Below, piece after piece: positions 46,036 through 53,876 of a stretch of 53,876 nt of DNA (the first letter of the stretch is position 1; each line of letters begins with the position of its first letter). Below the pieces are notes generated by a model. It was not told where the DNA came from and did no database searches. It was given only the letters and a program-made list of their open reading frames with translations. Source of the DNA: a bacterium (GTDB taxonomy: Bacteria; Patescibacteriota; Microgenomatia; Daviesbacterales; UBA10151). The stretch lies in contig JAJYIE010000004.1 of NCBI GenBank assembly GCA_021790255.1, positions 1 through 53,876 on the forward strand. The letters run 5' to 3'. Made by a program: the position numbers and the translations under genes.

Positions 46036-46425
46036 CTTTTCCTCCTTCTTTTTTTCTGTCTTCTCAATCCTTACTTTAGTGCCCTTAAGCAGACTTTTCT
46101 TCTCCTTTGCCTCCTTTTCCGGCAACGCCTCTTCTTCTGTTTTTTCGCTTTCAAAATAAACAATCTTTTGGCCGTTTTTAAGCTGAACCAGCGCTTTTTT
46201 ATAGCCGCTGACTTTATAAAAATTGCGCCGGCCCCGCTGCTGGCGGGTTTCCCCTTTAATATTGGCTGTCATTACTGCCAAAACATCCACCCCAAACTGA
46301 CTCTTCACTGCCCTGGCAATCTCTTCCTTACGGGAACGCCGGTCAACCATAAAGGTATATAAGCCCTCCTTGGCCATCTTCATCGACTTTTCAGAAACTA
46401 TCGGTTTTTGCAGTAAAATATTCAT
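46033..46425 (-). CDS. rplW: 50S ribosomal protein L23
   Basis: PIVSEK, YTFMV, KKALVQL. Confidence 0.95.
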   Translation of the reverse strand: MNILLQKPIVSEKSMKMAKEGLYTFMVDRRSRKEEIARAVKSQFGVDVLAVMTANIKGETRQQRGRRNFYKVSGYKKALVQLKNGQKIVYFESEKTEEEALPEKEAKEKKSLLKGTKVRIEKTEKKKEEK

Positions 46426-47117
46426 TTTAATTTTTCTGCCGCTTCACGGGTCAGCACCAAAGTTTGGGCAGAAATTACCTCGAAAGCATTCAACTCTCTG
46501 ACTGCCAGCGTCTTCATGTCCGGCAGGTTACGGGCTGCGTGCCACAACTTCTCATTTTTCTCTCCCGCCACAAGTAGCGCATCTTTTTTCCCGGTTTTAG
46601 CTATCCAGCTAGCCAGCTGTTTTGTTTTGCCGGTCAGCTTTTCCAATCCTTCCACAGCCACCACTTCACCGGCTTGATGCTTTGACGAAAGAGCCGACTG
46701 TAGAGCTGCTTTCTTCATCTTCTCTGGGAGTTTTAAAATTGTTTTGCGAGACTTTGGTCCCAGGGCAATCCCTCCTCCGACATAAATTGGTGCCCTGATA
46801 CCTCCGTGCCGGGCATGCCCAGTGCCTTTTTGAGTCTGGATCTTCCGGCTGGACCCTGCCACCTCTGAGCGGGTTTTTGTGTTTGAAAAATGGCCCCTCA
46901 AATTGTTGCTGTAAACCCGCAGGGCTTGGATCAGCAAAGTTTTATTAACCTTCGCACCAAACATTTCCTCCGGCAAAGCCAGCGTTCCTGTCTGCTCACC
47001 GGCCAGAGAATAAACCGGAACATCATACTTCCCGGCAATTTTTCGCCCTGCCGTACTGGCTACTCTCGCCAGTTTTTCTGCTTTACTAATCTTCGGTTTT
47101 GTTTCAGTTTTAGGCAT
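46422..47117 (-). CDS. rplD: 50S ribosomal protein L4
   Basis: TKTRSEV, QKGTGHARHG, GGGIALGPK. Confidence 0.96.
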   Translation of the reverse strand: MPKTETKPKISKAEKLARVASTAGRKIAGKYDVPVYSLAGEQTGTLALPEEMFGAKVNKTLLIQALRVYSNNLRGHFSNTKTRSEVAGSSRKIQTQKGTGHARHGGIRAPIYVGGGIALGPKSRKTILKLPEKMKKAALQSALSSKHQAGEVVAVEGLEKLTGKTKQLASWIAKTGKKDALLVAGEKNEKLWHAARNLPDMKTLAVRELNAFEVISAQTLVLTREAAEKLK

Positions 47118-47928
47118 CTTCTTCTTTTACCTCTTCTGCCACGGAAACAGGTTTCTGATCGTCACTTTCTGTATTATTTTCTCCGCCTTCCTTTGGCTCT
47201 TCTTCATTCCCTTTCCCCAGATCACTTTTCACCTCCCCCTCTTCATCTTCTTCTTTCTCCTCAGGCGGCGGGGTATAGCCCCTCACTAAACCCAGCTTAG
47301 TAACTTCCACCAAATTACCAGCCACTCCCGGTACTGCTCCTTTAATCGTTAGCGAACCGTTCTTTTTATCGACTGCCACCACTTCCAAGCCACGCGTGCT
47401 GGCTGCAACACTGCCCATATGTCCCGCCATCTTTTTCCCTTTAAAAACCCGCCCCGGAGTCGTGCCGGAACCAATTGAGCCGGGAGCCCGATGGCGGTCT
47501 GACTGACCGTGTGTTTTCGGGCCGCCGTGGAAGCCGTGGCGCCTGACTCCGCCCTGAAAACCGCGTCCTTTGGATATACCGCTTACTTTAACTAGATCGC
47601 CGACAGCAAACACTTCCCCAACGCTGATTGCTGAACCGGCTTTCGCCTCAGCGGTATCCGTTCTTACTTCTTTCAGCCAACGAACTTTCTCTTCTACTCC
47701 AGCCTTTTTCAGGTGGCCAATTTGGGGCTTTTTGACAGATTTTTTACTACCCAACCCCAGCTGGACCGCATTATAGCCGTCTTTTCCCTGACCACTTTTC
47801 ACTTGTACCACTAAATTTGGGGTCACTTCCACCACAGTTGCTCCCACCCAGCGCCCCCGGGCATCATAAGCAGCTGTCATATTCTTTTTTACACCCAATA
47901 AAGTATTAATCATACCTTCCTCTGTCAT
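47110..47928 (-). CDS. rplC: 50S ribosomal protein L3 with acidic tail
   Basis: SKGRGFQGGVRRH, HRAPGSIG, KKMAGHMG, KGAVPG. Confidence 0.97.
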   Translation of the reverse strand: MTEEGMINTLLGVKKNMTAAYDARGRWVGATVVEVTPNLVVQVKSGQGKDGYNAVQLGLGSKKSVKKPQIGHLKKAGVEEKVRWLKEVRTDTAEAKAGSAISVGEVFAVGDLVKVSGISKGRGFQGGVRRHGFHGGPKTHGQSDRHRAPGSIGSGTTPGRVFKGKKMAGHMGSVAASTRGLEVVAVDKKNGSLTIKGAVPGVAGNLVEVTKLGLVRGYTPPPEEKEEDEEGEVKSDLGKGNEEEPKEGGENNTESDDQKPVSVAEEVKEEDA

Positions 47929-47974
47929 TTCCGATCAGGTCGGGAACCCATTAATAACTTAATTTTTAAGCAAT

Positions 47975-48014
47975 AAAAAGAGTGAGTTCTGAACTTTTAT
48001 CCAGACTCTCACTC
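47975..48014 (-). terminator. Terminator-like hairpin in the rplC 5' leader (putative attenuator)
   Basis: GAGTGAG...CTCACTC stem plus U5, between the promoter and the rplC start. Confidence 0.6.
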
Positions 48015-48045
48015 AGTAACTGTGCCTTCACTCCTAAATTGCCGT

Positions 48046-48075
48046 ATCCTTCGACTCGTTTCACTTGCTCAGGAC
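48046..48075. repeat. REP-like element ATCCTTCGACTCG...GCTCAGGAC
   Basis: TCCT/AGGA-bounded imperfect palindrome; a related sequence lies in the rpsM-rpsK spacer (about 32896-32915). Confidence 0.45.
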
Positions 48076-48139
48076 GCACAATCTACTGATAATTTTTCTT
48101 TTCTGCTTAAATTACAACCATTTGCATGGCCTGTAAAGA

Positions 48140-48168
48140 ATTGTACCTGAACCATACCCAAAATGCAA
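48140..48168 (-). promoter_or_regulatory. Sigma70-type promoter for the rplC operon
   Basis: TTGCAT-17 bp-TACAAT. Confidence 0.7.
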
Positions 48169-48240
48169 GAGAAGGCAACTTCACTCCAACCAAGGAGGGG
48201 CAAATGCAGTTTGTCGGCAAGCCCCTCCTCAGACCGTTTC

Positions 48241-49668
48241 CTACTCCAACGCTAAGCCGGCGGCAATACTGGTAAATGTCTCGAACAGGGTAATTTTTTC
48301 TTTACCGAATATCTCCTCCAGCATCCGCTCCACCGCTGGAATCAGTGATGACCCGCCGGTTTGTACCACCAAATCCACCTGCAATGGTTCCAGCCGAGCC
48401 TGCTCCAGTGTTTGTAAAACAGTTTCCCTGATCTCTTTTATTCTCGGAGCGATAGTCCTTTCAAACTCTGTCCGGCTGATCTTCAAATCCAAACTGATCG
48501 GACCGTCCTGATATGCTATACGCGATTCATCCATGGCGGACAGTTCTTTTTTAGCTCTCTCAATTGCCTCATAGACTTCAAAGCCAATTCCGGCTTTAAT
48601 CAGATAGATAAATCTTGACAGAGCCTGGGGATCAGAGTTTTTATAACCAACTTTGCCTAAAAGTTCCATTGTTGAAGGGTTGTTTAGCATCGGAATGCTG
48701 TACCAGGAACCGAGAGCTTCAAATAGGTGCAGCGGCATCGGATAACGATTGTCCCCCCAGGTGGCAAAAGCTCCAAAATAATTCCACAGTTTGGCCTGCA
48801 TTATGTCAGCATTAAGCAGATCCCCACCGATATATACTCCGTTTGTAGATAAAACCTCCGGTTTTTCCTTCATTCTGACAATAGCCGTATCCAACGTTCC
48901 GCCTCCAAAGTCAAAAACCAAGATTGTCTTCCCCTTTCCGGCCTGAGTTAAAAACTGCTTGGCTGCCGCAACCGGTTCAAGCTGAAAATCTATTCTTTTA
49001 AAACCCACCTCATGTAAAGCATATTCCAGCCTTTTTTGCGCCCGGGCGTCTATGTTTGGAACCTCAGAAAAATAAACCGGCCGTCCGGCCATAATATTAT
49101 CAATCGGTGCATTAATTTGCTTTTCTGCCCTCAGCTTAATCTCCTTAACAAACAGGCCGATCAGTTCTTCTACCTTGTAATACCGGCCGAAAATGGCAGT
49201 TCCCTGAAAGTGAGTTCTCAGAGAGGATTTTAAAGCCTGCAGCAGCCTGCCGGTGCCATAATCGATCTCCTCATAATATTCCCGCATCGCTTCCGTCGGA
49301 TGAGCCTGACTGGCCGTGTAAATTACACCTGTTCCCGGGCTGCGCCAGCGGCCGGTAAAAATTAAGCGTTTTACTCCCGGCTGGCGGTTTTTGTTCTCTG
49401 TTAGATACCTGTCCACCGCCTCCTGGCCAATCAGATAGGTTTGCTCTCCTTCATACTGAATGTCATCCTTCATAAAGGCTTGGGCGGCAATCTTTTCCGG
49501 AGTAACCTTTGGCCCGTAAGCTTGCTTCCGGCGCTCAAAATAAAGCATCGAGCGGATTATCCGCGGATCGGATGCTGCCGGATCAATTTCCACTACCTCG
49601 ACCTTCTTTCCGTCTGAAACGGAAATCGAACTGTTGGTTGTACCAAAATCTAAACCAATTTTAATCAT
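48241..49668 (-). CDS. Hsp70-family ATPase, YegD-like (no substrate-binding domain)
   Basis: GLDFGTTNS, EPVAAA, VFDFGGGTLD, IGGDLLN, TGGSSLIP; GGAGGTGA SD. Confidence 0.88.
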   Translation of the reverse strand: MIKIGLDFGTTNSSISVSDGKKVEVVEIDPAASDPRIIRSMLYFERRKQAYGPKVTPEKIAAQAFMKDDIQYEGEQTYLIGQEAVDRYLTENKNRQPGVKRLIFTGRWRSPGTGVIYTASQAHPTEAMREYYEEIDYGTGRLLQALKSSLRTHFQGTAIFGRYYKVEELIGLFVKEIKLRAEKQINAPIDNIMAGRPVYFSEVPNIDARAQKRLEYALHEVGFKRIDFQLEPVAAAKQFLTQAGKGKTILVFDFGGGTLDTAIVRMKEKPEVLSTNGVYIGGDLLNADIMQAKLWNYFGAFATWGDNRYPMPLHLFEALGSWYSIPMLNNPSTMELLGKVGYKNSDPQALSRFIYLIKAGIGFEVYEAIERAKKELSAMDESRIAYQDGPISLDLKISRTEFERTIAPRIKEIRETVLQTLEQARLEPLQVDLVVQTGGSSLIPAVERMLEEIFGKEKITLFETFTSIAAGLALE

Positions 49669-49711
49669 ACTCGTCACCTCCTTCCGTTATACGTTTCCTA
49701 TTTTCAGCCAT

Positions 49712-49734
49712 AAAAAACCCCGCCTAAGCGGGGT
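49712..49734 (-). terminator. Rho-independent terminator upstream of the Hsp70-like gene
   Basis: ACCCCGC-CTAA-GCGGGGT with U6 on the minus strand. Confidence 0.7.
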
Positions 49735-49870
49735 CGTTATCCTAGTCCTCCTTCAGAGAGGATACTATATTTGAATTTATACCTTAACCGTTTCATACGG
49801 TAATGAGTATCTTACCAGCCTTGCCCATAAACGTCAAGCATTTGCAAACTTCGTTTTTAAAATGCAAATA

Positions 49871-51066
49871 TTAGATATTGAGTTCCGGATGAAGCCGTTT
49901 GTATTCCTTGGCGGCTTGTTCGATAGCTCGAGTAGCTCTGCCTTTAATATGCCCCAAGCTTTTTGCCTCCATAATCTGTTGAAGGCACTGGATATTATCC
50001 CAAAGTTTAATTTCTTCCAGACTCCATTCTTTCCTGGTTTGAAGATTCTTCTCTTCCCAAACAAACCTTTCCCAAGCCCGGACAAACTTTTCCTTTAACT
50101 CCTGACGGTGGTAAAAAGTGTGCGCTCCCATTCCCTCATGGACAGAGTAATACCAGATTTTTCGGGAAGACCTTGTCAACCAGTCGACGATAGTAAAAAG
50201 AATATTAGTCTCTTCTTTAGTCCTCGGAGGCGGCGGAGATATCTGCTTCTTTTTTTCCTCAATCCGGGGAGGTTCTTCTGTTTCCGCTAATCCCGATAAA
50301 TAATAAGCCGCTCTTTGGCCTTTCACCCCAGCTCCTTTTGGCGTAACATTAATAACTTCTATTCCCGCCTCCCGCAGCCTGACCCTGGTGCTGCTCAGCA
50401 AAACACTCCATCTCCCCACTAGCACATTAAGTTCAACACCACCTTCCAGCTCTTTCCCATAAAGACCCTGGATCATGTCAACTGAAGAAACAGGCTGCCG
50501 ACTGCTGCCTTTTAAAAGCTCCAGGACTCCCCTTCTTTGCATTGGAGTTAAGTCGGTTAATTCTTGTCCGCCGGGTAAAGTAAGAGGCTCCCGGACTTTG
50601 GAAAAACCCCGTTCGGGCTCCGGCTGTACCGGCACCTCCGGTTGCGGTTGAACCATTTCCGGGACCGGTTTCTCAGACTCCCGCACCTTGCTCAATCTTC
50701 CCCTGATTTGCTGCAGCTCGCTTTGTGCAGCCTCAATCTCATCCGCCGTTAAGTAACCTTGATCCGCCTGCTCCTGAAAAAAGCTGAATTCTGCGTCAAA
50801 CATTGAATCGATCCGGGATTCCAAATCCAATCTCCTCTGCCCGAGGCGCTCCAGCGCCGGGGTCAGGACACTCCGGCGATAGTCGGCAACACTGTGCGCT
50901 TTTCCAGCTTATCCGCTCCCGATAAAGGATGGCAATCAAAACGCTTGGGGCCGTCTTCTTTACCCAGGCGGAACCACAATCTGCGGATTCCCGCTTCTAC
51001 TTTGGGTATTCTCTCCAACCGGGAAGCTATCTGGTTGAATGTAGTTGGCCCTGCCTCTGTCTTCAT
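49871..51066 (-). CDS. Hypothetical protein (coiled coil + possible winged helix), probably one gene split by a 1-nt frameshift at about 50900
   Basis: Adding one A joins ...GADKLE to KAHSVADYRRSVL...RLDLESRID of the 319-aa ORF. Confidence 0.55.
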
Positions 51067-51189
51067 CTTAGCCTTCCGCTGAATTTGCTTAGTTGAGAAT
51101 TATAGGTTAACCGGTAACAAATGGCAGTAAGGAGGATTACATTCTATTTAAGACCACAAAACCATTAGGAGCATGCCCCCAACAGTTTT

Positions 51190-51237
51190 TTACATTTTAA
51201 CTTCTATATCTACTCCGGCCGGAAGCTTGAGGCGCAT
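51190..51237 (-). repeat. Orphan duplicate of the rpsJ 3' end (MRLKLPAGVDIEVKM*)
   Basis: 39/48 nt identical to 51890..51937; the last 21 nt are identical; the copies are exactly 700 bp apart. Confidence 0.9.
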
Positions 51238-51277
51238 CTCTTACAGTTTACCCGGGAATATTAAGTTTTTTTCCAGC

Positions 51278-51883
51278 TCAGTCGAAGGACTTTCTTAGAT
51301 TCCTTAGGAAATTGCCACCTTCAATAAATCTCATCCTAATCCGGGATAGTTTATTAAAGTCTTGGGGCACAACAATCGTGCGCTCGCGTCCGGATTTAGT
51401 ATAAGCCGACGGACTCCATAACTTGGTTTTGCCATGTACCGCTAAATCCTCCAAACGATTTTCCATTCCCCGCAATGCTGCGAGCGGATAATAAAATTTT
51501 CTCCTACCAAAAACAGCCTCTATCATAAATTGCTTTGTATCTTCTAATTGTTGGAGATTATCAATCCAAAAATCTGTACTAAGTAATAAGGGAACTTCTT
51601 CTATGGTCGTCAAACCATTATAATATTTCTTCCTTAAATGGGCCGGGCCAAGAGGTGTTATCCCGGCAGGCTCACTGCTATCAACTTGTAATGTAATTGA
51701 GCCTTTAATCTTATTAAATTCTATCCCGCTAATAATATAGTCCCATATGTCGTCCTTATCGTAGAGTTCACCCAGATTAACCGGCAATATTTGATAGCCT
51801 GATGCAAAAGGATAAAAGGGTTCCACTAAGGCAACCTGTTTGTAATTAATGTCTTTCGGAGATTTTGGCCAATATTCTGGCAT
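51278..51883 (-). CDS. Hypothetical protein (cassette cargo)
   Basis: 201-aa ORF starting 6 nt after the rpsJ stop, between the two rpsJ-end copies. Confidence 0.7.
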   Translation of the reverse strand: MPEYWPKSPKDINYKQVALVEPFYPFASGYQILPVNLGELYDKDDIWDYIISGIEFNKIKGSITLQVDSSEPAGITPLGPAHLRKKYYNGLTTIEEVPLLLSTDFWIDNLQQLEDTKQFMIEAVFGRRKFYYPLAALRGMENRLEDLAVHGKTKLWSPSAYTKSGRERTIVVPQDFNKLSRIRMRFIEGGNFLRNLRKSFD

Positions 51884-51889
51884 CTTGGC

Positions 51890-52201
51890 TTACATTTTAA
51901 CTTCTATATCCACACCTGCTGGGAGTTCAAGGTGCATGAGGGAATCGATAGTCTTATCCGTTGGTTCAACAATTTCAATTAATCTTTTATGGGTTTTTAT
52001 TTCAAAAGCTTCCTGGGAATCTTTGCCATTAGAAGAAACGGCCTTGGGCATAGTATAGCGTTCAGTTTTAGTAGGAAGAGGGATGGGGCCGACGATTTTT
52101 GCACCGGTACGAAGAGCAGTATCCAAAAGCTGCTCAGAAGTGCTATCGAGAACTCGATAGTCAAAACTCTTCAGTTTTACCCTAATGCGTCCTTTAGCCA
52201 T
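51890..52201 (-). CDS. rpsJ: 30S ribosomal protein S10
   Basis: IRVKLKSFD, GPIPLPT, THKRLIEI, LPAGVDIEVK. Confidence 0.97.
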   Translation of the reverse strand: MAKGRIRVKLKSFDYRVLDSTSEQLLDTALRTGAKIVGPIPLPTKTERYTMPKAVSSNGKDSQEAFEIKTHKRLIEIVEPTDKTIDSLMHLELPAGVDIEVKM

Positions 52202-52210
52202 ATTATTTTA

Positions 52211-52261
52211 GACTATCTGAACAGCCTCTGACTGTTATTTAGTCTCTACACCCAGATAGTC
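52211..52261 (-). promoter_or_regulatory. Structured rpsJ 5' leader
   Basis: GACTATCTG/CAGATAGTC 9-bp stem enclosing an AACAG/CTGTT hairpin. Confidence 0.55.
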
Positions 52262-52292
52262 CAGCACCACCTCTTCCTGTTAACGTGCGACT

Positions 52293-52321
52293 ATTCTAAC
52301 ACAAAACCCTTAATCCATCAA
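52293..52321 (-). promoter_or_regulatory. Sigma70-type promoter for rpsJ
   Basis: TTGATG-17 bp-TAGAAT with extended TG. Confidence 0.65.
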
Positions 52322-52340
52322 AAAAGGGCTTTCGCCCTTT
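52320..52340 (-). terminator. tuf terminator
   Basis: AAAGGGC-GAAA-GCCCTTT followed by U residues. Confidence 0.8.
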
Positions 52341-52368
52341 CTTAAATCTTCAACCTCAAATCTTCAAG

Positions 52369-53547
52369 CTACTTTAAGATTTTAGTAATCGCTCCGGCAC
52401 CTACTGTTTTGCCTCCTTCGCGGATAGCAAAGCGTAGCCCTTCTTCCATTGCAATCGGAGTAATCAGTTTTACTGTCATCTTGGTGGTATCACCAGGCAT
52501 TGCCATCTCCACGCCTTCCGGCAAAATTACTTCTCCGGTCACATCAGTAGTGCGGATATAAAACTGCGGCCTGTAACCTTTGAAAAACGGAGTGTGGCGG
52601 CCGCCTTCCTCTTTACTTAAAATATAAACCTCTGCCTCGAACTCTGAGTGTGGAGTGATTGAGCCTGGCTTAGCCAGAACCTGGCCCCGCTCCACATCAT
52701 CCTTTTCGATGCCGCGAAGCAGTACTCCTGCATTATCACCAGCCTGGCCTTCATCCAACATTTTGTGGAACATCTCAATCCCGGTAACTACGGTTTTCTT
52801 GGTGGGACGAATTCCGACAATCTCCACTTCCTCATTAACCTTCACCCGCCCCCGCTCAATCCGGCCCGTTACCACAGTTCCGCGGCCTTTAATGGAGAAA
52901 ACATCCTCAATAGCCATGAGAAACGGCTTATCCACATCTCTAGTCGGAGTGGGAATCCACTCGTCAACAGCTTTCATCAGTTCTTCAATGGATTTGACTG
53001 CTTCCGGATCGCCTTCCAAAGCTTTCAGGGCGCTGCCGCGGATGATTGGGGAGTTGGGATCATATTGGTATTTTTTCAAAAGATCGCGAACCTCTTCTTC
53101 CACCAGATCTAAAAGCTCAGGGTCATCAACCATGTCACATTTATTCAGGTAAACAACAATGGCCGGCACACCTACCTGGTGAGCCAGCAATAAGTGCTCC
53201 CGGGTTTGCGGCATTGGGCCGTCAGGTGCGGAAACCACCAAAATGGCACCGTCTGTCTGGGCAGCGCCGGTAATCATATTTTTGATATAGTCGGCGTGGC
53301 CCGGCATATCAATGTGGGCGTAGTGCCGCTTGTCGGTTTCGTATTCTTGGTGGGAGATATTAATGGTAATGCCACGGGCTTTTTCCTCAGGAGCGTTATC
53401 AATCTGGTCAACAGACCGTTTCTCCGCCAAACCCTTACCGGCCAAAACCTGAGTGATAGCTGCGGTTAAAGTCGTTTTGCCATGGTCAACGTGACCCATG
53501 GTGCCGATATTGACGTGTGGCTTAGTTCTCTGAAATGTTCCAGCCAT
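52369..53547 (-). CDS. tuf: Elongation factor Tu
   Basis: [31 protein letters not shown]. Confidence 0.98.
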   Translation of the reverse strand: MAGTFQRTKPHVNIGTMGHVDHGKTTLTAAITQVLAGKGLAEKRSVDQIDNAPEEKARGITINISHQEYETDKRHYAHIDMPGHADYIKNMITGAAQTDGAILVVSAPDGPMPQTREHLLLAHQVGVPAIVVYLNKCDMVDDPELLDLVEEEVRDLLKKYQYDPNSPIIRGSALKALEGDPEAVKSIEELMKAVDEWIPTPTRDVDKPFLMAIEDVFSIKGRGTVVTGRIERGRVKVNEEVEIVGIRPTKKTVVTGIEMFHKMLDEGQAGDNAGVLLRGIEKDDVERGQVLAKPGSITPHSEFEAEVYILSKEEGGRHTPFFKGYRPQFYIRTTDVTGEVILPEGVEMAMPGDTTKMTVKLITPIAMEEGLRFAIREGGKTVGAGAITKILK

Positions 53548-53556
53548 ATTTATTTT

Positions 53557-53610
53557 GGATGATTTGGGTTAACTCTGATTTTTAATTGAGGTTTGGCTGC
53601 CAAATCATCC
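53557..53610 (-). promoter_or_regulatory. Stem-loop in the tuf 5' leader
   Basis: GGATGATTTGG/CCAAATCATCC perfect 11-bp inverted repeat. Confidence 0.55.
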
Positions 53611-53715
53611 AGCACAACCCCTGCTTGCTAAAATAGTTTACTTGATGGCATTTAAAAAATCAAGCAACAGCTTTTTAGCCATTAAAATCCAGCTCAAGTC
53701 AAGCTGGGTATAAAG

Positions 53716-53744
53716 AATATACCGTAATTATTTCTAAATTGCAA
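53716..53744 (-). promoter_or_regulatory. Sigma70-type promoter for tuf
   Basis: TTGCAA-17 bp-TATATT. Confidence 0.6.
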
Positions 53745-53876
53745 GAGGGTGTCCTGGATCAGTACTTTTGAGATAACCCTCCTTTCTTTAAGTACCGGTA
53801 AGGTGACAGATAGTTTAATGACTGGTGTGGTCTTTGTTCATTGTACCAGAGTAACCAGGAAGTAAGCTCTTTTTTA

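Noticed and set aside
42506-47928. Charged extensions on L3, L4, L23, S17 and L17 as novel domains
   Set aside because: Low-complexity K/E-rich tails are common in CPR r-proteins; only the rplV tail has a nucleotide-level repeat.
51137-51150. Possible third degenerate rpsJ 3' end (ATAGAATGTAA on the minus strand)
   Set aside because: It requires a 7-nt deletion and has no upstream codon match; too short to support.
618-53469. Numerous 60-225-aa ORFs antisense to or overlapping recognised genes (e.g. 43420..44097, 52655..53152, 4324..4770)
   Set aside because: Shadow frames of conserved genes with no motifs or start signals.
1-53876. CRISPR array or rRNA
   Set aside because: No equal-length repeats with unique spacers and no rRNA-like segments. 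The repeats found are 7-nt periodic or two-copy.

Overview
The window comes from a small-genome bacterium, most likely Patescibacteria/CPR and Microgenomates-like. This is an inference: uL30 is absent between rpsE and rplO, rplQ-rplM-rpsI follow the alpha operon directly, and several CPR-type small proteins are present. It has three parts. (1) 1-5859 is an AT-rich island (about 35% GC in a spot check) abutting the 3' end of tRNA-Pro(GGG). It looks like a tandem array of two related units built on the same small-gene module: '...WKD' ORF(s), a C-x9-C-x10-C-x2-H ORF, then a large serine recombinase. The attachment core lies inside the recombinase gene, so integration state should swap the enzyme's C-terminus. 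(2) About 6-29.5 kb is an accessory/metabolic region: eno, ppsA, acyP, Sua5/TsaC, UDG4, a PAS histidine kinase, an ABC-2 pair, YdcF, secreted proteins, several decayed genes and an MPKKKKKK micro-ORF. (3) 29.5-53.5 kb is the tuf-S10-spc-alpha ribosomal supercluster on the minus strand. It is interrupted by a 700-bp cassette flanked by duplicated rpsJ 3' ends, a YegD-like Hsp70, an amber-split HEXXH protein and a 42-aa ORF. Its intergenic spacers carry a repeated palindromic 7-nt-periodic TAG/CTA lattice anchored on stop codons. Four single-A frameshifts, one of them in essential rpsH, suggest homopolymer assembly errors. No CRISPR array or rRNA was seen.
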